36,013 nt of DNA from Candidatus Parcubacteria bacterium (GCA_034666165.1 JAXDMJ010000012.1:1-36013), one strand, 5' to 3'. Positions 18,269-24,769 are shown, numbered from the stretch's first letter. A program made the numbers and translations. The notes: generated by a model not told the origin, from the letters alone.

Positions 18269-18981
18269 TCCGTCTTATAGAGACCGCGCCGGCTGAAGAT
18301 CGAATCCTCGAATAATATCTCGCCTGTTTTCGGGTGCCGTTTGCTTTGCAAGCTTCCGTGATATTCAAATCCTTTTTCTGCGAGCGTGCGATATATGCCG
18401 TCGAACAGGATTTGTCCGGCATAGAGCGGGTAAAATGACGTCTCGGCGATGATGACGGAAACATCGGCGAGCAGGCGCTCCGCGCCGCGAAGCACCCGGT
18501 CCTCGTAGCCCTGCACGTCGAGCTTGAGCAGGATGTTTTTTTCAAGCTTTTGCGCGGACAAGACGGAATCCAGCGTCCTCGCCTCGACCTCGTCTTTGGC
18601 GGTTTGGCCGACATGGGGGAACGCTTCTTCGAGCAAGGCGGTATTCTTAAGCAGAGAAGAACTCGGCGAGTACTCGTTCTTATTGATCACGAACATGCCG
18701 GCTCGGTCTCCCAGCGCGAAATTATACGGACTGAAATGCCGGTCCCCTCGCCGTGAAGCGACCAGTTCGAGAAAGCACTCCTTGATCGGCTCAAAGGAAT
18801 GGATATGCGCTTCCGGCAGCACCCGACGGATGTCATGCGCGAATTGGCCGGCATTGGCGCCGACGTCGATCGCAGTCCGGATGCCGAAGTGCCGCAGGAA
18901 ACCAAGGGGTTCGATCCTATCGCGAGTGCGGACTATATCGATGCCGGCGGCGCGGAAAGCCCGTCTAAGATGCTCTTTCAT
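18265..18981 (-). CDS. FkbM-family SAM methyltransferase (opposite strand)
   Basis: AIDVGANAGQFAH...IHSFEPIKE...LLKLDVQGYEDRVL. Its stop shares the palindrome CTAG (18265-18268) with the stop of the convergent plus-strand FkbM gene. Confidence 0.85.
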   Translation of the reverse strand: MKEHLRRAFRAAGIDIVRTRDRIEPLGFLRHFGIRTAIDVGANAGQFAHDIRRVLPEAHIHSFEPIKECFLELVASRRGDRHFSPYNFALGDRAGMFVINKNEYSPSSSLLKNTALLEEAFPHVGQTAKDEVEARTLDSVLSAQKLEKNILLKLDVQGYEDRVLRGAERLLADVSVIIAETSFYPLYAGQILFDGIYRTLAEKGFEYHGSLQSKRHPKTGEILFEDSIFSRRGLYKTD

Positions 18982-18988
18982 TGATCAG

Positions 18989-18997
18989 ATTTTAGCA
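18989..18997 (-). promoter_or_regulatory. Extended -10 promoter element TGCTAAAAT, 7 nt upstream of the ATG at 18981 (leaderless configuration)
   Basis: Minus-strand reading of 18997->18989 is TGCTAAAAT (TGn + TAAAAT). Only 18988-18982 separates it from the start codon. Confidence 0.4.
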
Positions 18998-19002
18998 TCC
19001 GG

Positions 19003-19031
19003 TTGACGTTTTAGTTAATACATACTAGCTT
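19003..19031 (+). promoter_or_regulatory. Sigma70-like promoter TTGACG-17 nt-TAGCTT for the 19062 gene
   Basis: TTGACG at 19003-19008, 17-nt spacer, TAGCTT at 19026-19031. The -10 overlaps tandem 11-mers TAGCTTGTATC/TAGTTTGTATT (19026-19047). AAAGG lies 6 nt before the ATG. Confidence 0.35.
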
Positions 19032-19061
19032 GTATCTAGTTTGTATTGAGAAAGGTACGTT

Positions 19062-19751
19062 ATGAAGACTATTGATCCGGTCGTCCAGAAGCACATTGCG
19101 GAGATCAAGGCTGCCGGCGAAAGCGCGTATCGCGAGGGCGCTGTCACGCTCTTCGGCGGCTTTCCGGAAAGCCTGAAGCACCGCGCGGTCGTCGCGGCCT
19201 TCGGAGTGATCGAACAGAGCCCCGTTCGCTGGGAAATCATGAGGATGATCGAGACGGATGACATGGCGGTCATCGCCGACAAAGATTTTCCGCTTCACGC
19301 TCTTTTATTCGAGGCTGACTCTGATCCGGACCGATGGCAAAGCCTCGATGCTCTCTGGCGGGACATAGACCGCTATTTCATGACCAATGAGGATTGTGCG
19401 CGCCTGACCGTCGGTTCCGAGCTCCATTTCACGGAGATCGTGGCAGATGCTTCGGGTGATGTCCTCTTGCTCGCCGGCGAGATCGCCGAGAATGTGCGCG
19501 CCATGCGCTCCGATCTGGCTGGCCTGTTCGGAAAATATGGGCTCCACGTCCGGCCGCTCGACCATGTCCTCGCGGTCACGCTGATCAAGCTTAAGTCATG
19601 GTCCGCTCGAACCGTTCCCGACGCCTTGAGGGCGTTCCGTGAAAATCTGGAAGCCGTGGCGGATCGAACCCGCACCCAGCCGGTGTCCATGAAAGTGACC
19701 AGATTTTTCAGAGGTTCGGCTTTCGAAATGCTCACTAGAATGTCCTTCTAA
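19062..19751 (+). CDS. Hypothetical protein (229 aa, soluble, no family recognised)
   Basis: Clean ORF with a plausible RBS, followed by a hairpin + T-tract terminator. No signal peptide or TM segment and no motif I can name. Confidence 0.6.
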   Translation: MKTIDPVVQKHIAEIKAAGESAYREGAVTLFGGFPESLKHRAVVAAFGVIEQSPVRWEIMRMIETDDMAVIADKDFPLHALLFEADSDPDRWQSLDALWRDIDRYFMTNEDCARLTVGSELHFTEIVADASGDVLLLAGEIAENVRAMRSDLAGLFGKYGLHVRPLDHVLAVTLIKLKSWSARTVPDALRAFRENLEAVADRTRTQPVSMKVTRFFRGSAFEMLTRMSF

Positions 19752-19767
19752 GGACGTCGCTTTCCTC

Positions 19768-19793
19768 GCCGGGCTGCCCGGCTTTTTATTTTT
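19768..19793 (+). terminator. Rho-independent terminator
   Basis: GCCGG-gctgc-CCGGC hairpin (19768-19782) followed by TTTTTATTTTT (19783-19793), between convergent genes. Confidence 0.6.
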
Positions 19794-19799
19794 CCGGAA

Positions 19800-21074
19800 T
19801 TATTCCGGAGCTCTGGCCGGATTCCTCATCTCGGCGCGCAGCATAAAATAGGCGATGCCGACGTTTATATATGAAGCGGCGATTCTCGCGAGACAGACGC
19901 CGAAGAGCCCCCAGAGATATGCCGCCGGCACGAGCGCCAGGATCTGGAAGAGCGAACCGATGATCGTATACTTTGCCAGCTCCTTCTCTTTTTTCTGCGC
20001 GACGAAGACGGACGATGGGATCATGGCGAGCGAAGACAGGATCATCAAAGCCAAAAGCCGCGAAAAGAAGACGGATTCAGGGTACTTCGGAAAGAAAATC
20101 GAATACAGGAACGGAGCGAGGATTATGTAACCAAGCGTGATGGCGACGACCAGAGCCAAGAGTTGCAGCGCTTTCCGGCGCAGCGAAAGCGCTTCTCCGG
20201 CGGCGCTTCTCTCTGTGAATTTGGGGACCATGAGCGTGTTCAAGTTCTTGAGGACATTGCGTATCTGATCCGGAAAGGCTGTGGCAAAGCCGTAGACGGC
20301 CAATTCGACCGAACCGAGAAATGAATAGACGATGACCTTGTCAATGTTGGCGGCGACGATGCCGATCACATTGAGGACGCTCAACTTTTTGCTGTAGCTC
20401 TCGAGTTCCGGATCGGCGGCAGCGCCCGGTCTGAAGGCCGAGAGAGTCCGTTCATAGAGGACGTAGCCCATCAGCGTGTTGGCGGCGAAATAGACGAGCA
20501 CGAGATAAATGACCCGGTCGGTGAGAAAGATCGCGCCGAAGACGAGCAAGGCGGGAACGACATTGTCGATGACGGTGTATATGCTCAAGCGCTTGAAATC
20601 TTTTTTTCCGTTGATGAAGCCGACAAACAGGCCCCAACTGTTCATAAGCGGCGCAGCTAAAGAAATGATCAAAAGCGAGAAGCCGAGGAACATGTTCCCA
20701 TGGGTGAAATAATAGGCCGAACCGGCCAAGGCGCCGGCGACCATGAGGCCGCTCCAGCGCATGGCCAGCCGGAAACCCTGCCGCAATGAACCTTCAAAGC
20801 CGCGCGCCACCGACTGGATGATAGCGGTATTGAGGCCGGTCAGGGAAAAGGCCGAGAGGACGGCGAAGATCGACAGGACGTAGCGATAATCTCCATAGAC
20901 GCTCTTCGGCAGGAAATAGGCGAAGCCGACGGAAATGAAGAAATTCGCGGCGGTCGTGAGGACCTGCCCCGAAATCAGCCAGAAGCCGCCGTGCGTCAGG
21001 TAGACCATGTCCGTCTTGGTATATCGTTCGGTCCAGCGGAGAAATTGATATCCAAGCCGCTTGAGCTTTCGCAT
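19800..21074 (-). CDS. Oligosaccharide/polysaccharide flippase (Wzx-like, MOP superfamily)
   Basis: 424 aa, about 12 hydrophobic helices. The basic N-terminus MRKLKRLGYQFLRWTERYTKTD followed by TM bundles is typical of the Polysacc_synt family. Glycan-locus context supports the call. Confidence 0.75.
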   Translation of the reverse strand: MRKLKRLGYQFLRWTERYTKTDMVYLTHGGFWLISGQVLTTAANFFISVGFAYFLPKSVYGDYRYVLSIFAVLSAFSLTGLNTAIIQSVARGFEGSLRQGFRLAMRWSGLMVAGALAGSAYYFTHGNMFLGFSLLIISLAAPLMNSWGLFVGFINGKKDFKRLSIYTVIDNVVPALLVFGAIFLTDRVIYLVLVYFAANTLMGYVLYERTLSAFRPGAAADPELESYSKKLSVLNVIGIVAANIDKVIVYSFLGSVELAVYGFATAFPDQIRNVLKNLNTLMVPKFTERSAAGEALSLRRKALQLLALVVAITLGYIILAPFLYSIFFPKYPESVFFSRLLALMILSSLAMIPSSVFVAQKKEKELAKYTIIGSLFQILALVPAAYLWGLFGVCLARIAASYINVGIAYFMLRAEMRNPARAPE

Positions 21075-21080
21075 GAAGTA

Positions 21081-21086
21081 ATTCTA
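21081..21086 (-). promoter_or_regulatory. -10 hexamer TAGAAT, 6 nt upstream of the flippase ATG (21074)
   Basis: Minus-strand reading is TAGAAT-tacttc-ATG, which leaves no room for a leader or SD. Confidence 0.3.
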
Positions 21087-21128
21087 TGGCAAGCGCCCGC
21101 TTTCTGCTAGCCCTTTTTCACGGCGTTA

Positions 21129-21137
21129 TGCTATAGT
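21129..21137 (+). promoter_or_regulatory. Extended -10 promoter element TGCTATAGT upstream of the Wzy_C-TPR gene
   Basis: TGCTATAGT sits 19 nt before ATG 21157. The identical 9-mer recurs at 23404-23412. Confidence 0.4.
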
Positions 21138-21156
21138 ATCGTCCACTCATATTTCC

Positions 21157-23352
21157 ATGCCCATCAAAAAGATCGCATACTATATTTCGCTGGCGGCCTT
21201 ATTCGTCATTCCTGCTTTCCCGCTGATCGTCGCCAATTCTTTGTTCTTTCCTTTCATCACCGGCAAAGCTCTCTACTTCCGCTTTCTGGTCGAGATCGCT
21301 TTTGCCGCCTGGCTGATCCTCGCATTTCTTGACGCGCGATATCGCCCGAAATTGAAACCCCTTTCCGTGGCTGTCTGCCTGTTCGCGCTCGTCACGCTCG
21401 TCGCCGATCTCTTGGGCGTCAATCCGATGAGGAGCCTCTGGTCGAATTTTGAGCGCATGGAAGGGTGGATCACCATCATCCATCTCTCTGCATTCTATAT
21501 AGTGGCTGCGTCCATATTCGGTTCGAACCATGAGGACAAACGCCTCTGGCATCGCTGGCTCAACGTCGCGTTATTCGTGGGATTGATCGTGGCTATTTAC
21601 GGATTGTTCCAGCTTTTCGGGCTGGCGGCCATCCATCAGAGCAGCTCCCGTCTCGATGCTTCGCTTGGCAACTCGGCCTATATGGCGGTTTACATGCTTT
21701 TCCAGGTCTTCATCGCGGCCTACATGTTCTTCGTCGCCCGGGGTAAAAGGATCGGCAACTATGCTTTTTTGCAATTTGCATATCCGATCCTGGCAATCCT
21801 GTATTGTTTCATCATCTTTGAAACGCAGACCCGCGGCACGATCCTGGGCCTTTTGGGCGGCATCATGCTGGCGCTGTTCCTGTACGCGGTTTTCGGCAAA
21901 GGGCAGGCTGAGAAATGGCGCCTGACGTCAGCCGGCATTCTGGTCTTCATCATCCTCGTTGGCGCAGTCTTTTGGCTTAACCGCGGCGCCGCCTTCATCC
22001 AGCGCGACCCTGTTCTCGGACGCCTGGCGACGATTTCCTGGAGCGATGCCAGCAATCAGGCCCGCCAGTATATCTGGCCGATGGCCTTGAAGGGCGTCGC
22101 CATCCGCCCTATCTTCGGCTGGGGCCAGGAGAATTTCAACTATATCTTCAACGCCGATTATGATCCCGCCATGTATGCTCAAGAGCAATGGTTCGACCGC
22201 GCCCACAGCGTTTTTCTCGACTGGCTGGTAGCCTCCGGCTTCGTCGGTCTGCTTTCATATCTTTCCCTCTACGTGCTCTTTCTCTTAGCTCTCTGGAAAT
22301 CATCCTTGTCAGTCGCAGAAAAAAGCGTTTTGACCGGACTTCTCGCCGGTTACGCCATCCATAACGTTTTCGTTTTCGACAATCTGGCCAGTTACGCCCT
22401 GTTCTTCGCCGTTCTGGCCTTTGCCAGTTCGCTCCAAAAAGGGAGAGAGACCTCTTTGTTCGGCACGAAGCCGGTACGCACCGACGTGGTCGAATATATC
22501 GGCGCGCCGATCGTCGTGATCGCCCTCGTTTTCGCTGTCTATTTCTATAACGTCAGGACCTTGCGGGCCAACCGGGATCTGATCCTGGCCCTCTCGGCCT
22601 GCAGTTCGGCGCCCGATACGGCGCTCTTCGAGAAAGCTTTGGGCGTTCACGCCTCCGTGGCTGATCAAGAGATCAGAGAACAGCTCATGTCGTGCACCGG
22701 ACGCGTCGTCGGTAACCAGCGCGCGCCCGTCGGCCTCAAGCAATCGTTCTTCGCTCTGACCATGAATGAGGTCCAAGCTCAAGCTTCCAGCACGCCGCTC
22801 GACACCCGCATCTATGCCTTGGCCGGTTCGCTCTTGAACGGCGCCGGCCAATTCGTGACCGCTTTGCCGTATCTGGAAAAGGCCCATCTGCTTTCACCGG
22901 GCAAGCAGACCATCGATTTCGAGCTGGGTACGGCCTATTTGAATACCGGCAAGACCGACGACGCCCTGGCGCTCCTTAAGGGCGCCTACGAATCGGCCCC
23001 CGCTTACTATCAGGCAAAAGCTTCATACGCCACGGCCTTGGTGCTTTCCGGCAAAGAGGCCGAGGCCAGGAAGATCTTCAACAATGATCCGGCTATTTTT
23101 GAGACCGATCTTATGGGCCAAGTCTACGCCAATCTGAAACAATACGATAAAGCGCTGCCGATATTCAAGAAATTGGCGGCGACACAGCCGACTGACGTCA
23201 ACGCGCAGGCCCAATATGCCCAAGTGCAATATGCCGCCGGGATGGTGACGCAGGCGATAGCCACGATGCGCGGCGTCGAAAAAGATCATCCCGAGCTCAC
23301 GGCCTCGATCGAAGCCGCCATCAAAGACGTGCAAAGTCAGGCCAATAAATAG
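21157..23352 (+). CDS. O-antigen ligase family (Wzy_C domain) polytopic membrane protein fused to C-terminal TPR repeats
   Basis: N-terminal ~450 aa have about 12 helices, including the Wzy_C-type segment FETQTRGTILGLLGGIMLALFLY and a large loop. C-terminal ~230 aa are TPR-like (ALPYLEKAHLLSPGKQTIDFELGTAYLNTGKTDDALALLKGAYESAP...). Confidence 0.8.
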   Translation: MPIKKIAYYISLAALFVIPAFPLIVANSLFFPFITGKALYFRFLVEIAFAAWLILAFLDARYRPKLKPLSVAVCLFALVTLVADLLGVNPMRSLWSNFERMEGWITIIHLSAFYIVAASIFGSNHEDKRLWHRWLNVALFVGLIVAIYGLFQLFGLAAIHQSSSRLDASLGNSAYMAVYMLFQVFIAAYMFFVARGKRIGNYAFLQFAYPILAILYCFIIFETQTRGTILGLLGGIMLALFLYAVFGKGQAEKWRLTSAGILVFIILVGAVFWLNRGAAFIQRDPVLGRLATISWSDASNQARQYIWPMALKGVAIRPIFGWGQENFNYIFNADYDPAMYAQEQWFDRAHSVFLDWLVASGFVGLLSYLSLYVLFLLALWKSSLSVAEKSVLTGLLAGYAIHNVFVFDNLASYALFFAVLAFASSLQKGRETSLFGTKPVRTDVVEYIGAPIVVIALVFAVYFYNVRTLRANRDLILALSACSSAPDTALFEKALGVHASVADQEIREQLMSCTGRVVGNQRAPVGLKQSFFALTMNEVQAQASSTPLDTRIYALAGSLLNGAGQFVTALPYLEKAHLLSPGKQTIDFELGTAYLNTGKTDDALALLKGAYESAPAYYQAKASYATALVLSGKEAEARKIFNNDPAIFETDLMGQVYANLKQYDKALPIFKKLAATQPTDVNAQAQYAQVQYAAGMVTQAIATMRGVEKDHPELTASIEAAIKDVQSQANK

Positions 23353-23403
23353 TCGCAAAACAACTGCATAAGGCCAGATACATATTGCGTTTTATTCTAA
23401 TCA

Positions 23404-23412
23404 TGCTATAGT
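23404..23412 (+). promoter_or_regulatory. Extended -10 promoter element TGCTATAGT in the ligase-murB spacer
   Basis: Same 9-mer as 21129-21137. No ORF with a plausible start follows it. Confidence 0.35.
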
Positions 23413-23418
23413 CTGGCC

Positions 23419-23482
23419 GTGAGTACCCGTGTGGGCACTCTCCAATAAATGTCTCGCAAAGCGGCCCTTCGGGCCTTTTTGC
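23419..23482 (+). ncRNA. Candidate small RNA (~60 nt): 5' hairpin, A/U-rich linker, terminator hairpin
   Basis: Predicted TSS is ~7 nt after the -10 at 23404-23412. Hairpin GAGTACCC-gtgt-GGGCACTC (23421-23440, 7 of 8 pairs), linker TCCAATAAATGTCTCGCAAAGC, then GGCCC-ttc-GGGCC + TTTTT (23463-23480). Not assignable to any known RNA family by eye. Confidence 0.25.
23463..23480 (+). terminator. Rho-independent terminator (short GC stem + T5)
   Basis: GGCCC-TTC-GGGCC followed by TTTTT. It could terminate the ligase transcript, the candidate sRNA, or both. Confidence 0.5.
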
Positions 23483-23522
23483 GTTCCCAGATCTTTTGAT
23501 CAGGGGCATTTTTCGCATTCAC

Positions 23523-23550
23523 TTGCCAGGCAGAGAACCCAGGTTATAAT
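23523..23550 (+). promoter_or_regulatory. Near-consensus sigma70 promoter TTGCCA-16 nt-TATAAT upstream of murB
   Basis: TTGCCA at 23523-23528 and TATAAT at 23545-23550. This predicts a ~100-nt murB leader. Confidence 0.5.
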
Positions 23551-23656
23551 GACCACAGATTGTACCAAATGACGGCGACGGCTGTACTCATAAAACTAGA
23601 CAGTTATTTGGAGCTCACACCCGTCGCCATCATTGGGTGCAATATGGAAATCCAAT

Positions 23657-24700
23657 ATGGAAATCAAAGAAAACATACCTCTTTCTTCGTATACGACTTT
23701 CAAGATCGGCGGGCCGGCCAGGTATTTTTGCATAGTTGCCGATGAGACGGAATTGATCGAAGCCCTCGAATTTGCCCACGGCAAGAAACTGCCCGTCTTC
23801 GTCCTCGGCGGCGGATCGAATATCCTCGTTTCTGACGAAGGATTTTCCGGCTTGGTCGTCAAAATAGAGATGAAGGGAATCTCATACAGAACGGACCGTG
23901 CGGGCAAAAAAGGCGCCGATGCCGAATCATGCCTAGTCGAGGCGGCGGCCGGTGAAGTCTGGGATGAATTTGTCGAGAATACCGTTTCCCGAGGTCTTTA
24001 CGGTTTGGAAAATTTGTCTGCCATCCCGGGAACGGTCGGGGCGGCGCCCGTGCAGAATATCGGCGCCTATGGCGCCGAACTGTCGGAAAATATCGTTTCG
24101 GTGCGGGCCTTGGATACCGCAACGAGGAGCTATGTCACGCTGTCGCCGGCCGATTGCCATTTCGATTATCGCGACAGCATTTTTAAGCACCGGAAAGGCC
24201 TGTATGTGATCACCCGCGTCGATTTTCGGCTGTCAAAAAATGGCAAAGTGAACGTCAGCTACCGGGACTTGCAAGACTATTTCGCGAAAAGAGGCGCCAG
24301 CCGGCCGTCTTTGAAAGAAGTGCGGGATGCCGTCATCGAGGTGCGTGCCAATAAACTGCCGGATCGGAAACGCTGGGGCACGGCCGGTTCCTATTTCAAG
24401 AACCCGATCGTCCCTTTGGAGCGGTTCATCGGCCTTAAAAAGAAGTACGGCGAGCTCCCGGGTTATGTCGAGCCGGACGGACGCATCAAGCTCTCGCTCG
24501 GCTGGATCTTGGATAAGATCTGCCGAGTCAAGGGTTTCTCCGTCGGCCATGCCTCCACCTACGAAAAGCAGGCCCTGGTGGTCGTGGCCCACCCGGGAGC
24601 GACGGCCGCCGACGTCATCGGGCTCAGCCATGAACTGACGAAGCGCGTCAAAGACGCGACCGGCGTCGATGTCGAAGGAGAAGTGGAATGGGTCAATTAG
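23657..24700 (+). CDS. murB: UDP-N-acetylenolpyruvoylglucosamine reductase (UDP-N-acetylmuramate dehydrogenase)
   Basis: MEIKENIPLSSYTTFKIGGPARYF, FAD-binding VLGGGSNIL, later AGSYFKNP and SxxHA-type motif (GHASTYEKQALVVVAH). I chose ATG 23657; the ORF track opens at 23633. Confidence 0.9.
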   Translation: MEIKENIPLSSYTTFKIGGPARYFCIVADETELIEALEFAHGKKLPVFVLGGGSNILVSDEGFSGLVVKIEMKGISYRTDRAGKKGADAESCLVEAAAGEVWDEFVENTVSRGLYGLENLSAIPGTVGAAPVQNIGAYGAELSENIVSVRALDTATRSYVTLSPADCHFDYRDSIFKHRKGLYVITRVDFRLSKNGKVNVSYRDLQDYFAKRGASRPSLKEVRDAVIEVRANKLPDRKRWGTAGSYFKNPIVPLERFIGLKKKYGELPGYVEPDGRIKLSLGWILDKICRVKGFSVGHASTYEKQALVVVAHPGATAADVIGLSHELTKRVKDATGVDVEGEVEWVN

Positions 24701-24760
24701 GCTATAGCGGAGTTATAAACAGAGATATCAACATAGTCGCGGCGCAGCCGGACTCGCTCG

Positions 24761-24769
24761 TGCGATAAT
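24761..24769 (+). promoter_or_regulatory. Extended -10 promoter element TGCGATAAT, 9 nt upstream of ATG 24779
   Basis: TGc + GATAAT. Only GGCGGTGCA separates it from the start codon, so the leader is predicted to be 0-3 nt. Confidence 0.35.

Noticed and set aside
19062-19751. Possible 2H phosphoesterase / LigT-like assignment for the orphan protein, suggested by an HxT-like LHFTEI motif
   Set aside because: I could not find a convincing second HxT/S motif at the expected spacing (DHVLAVTL does not fit). The protein is left as hypothetical.
23449-23499. 16-codon micro-ORF (MSRKAALRAFLRSQIF) inside the candidate sRNA
   Set aside because: It has no SD, it reads straight through the terminator hairpin and T-tract, and it is too short and unconstrained to support as coding.
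23560-23745. 61-aa ORF (TTG start, or ATG at 23569) running through the murB leader and into murB
   Set aside because: It has no recognisable protein features and overlaps the true murB frame. It exists partly because of the 13-bp duplication. I treat it as a consequence of leader sequence rather than a gene, although its ATG 23644 is discussed as a decoy start.
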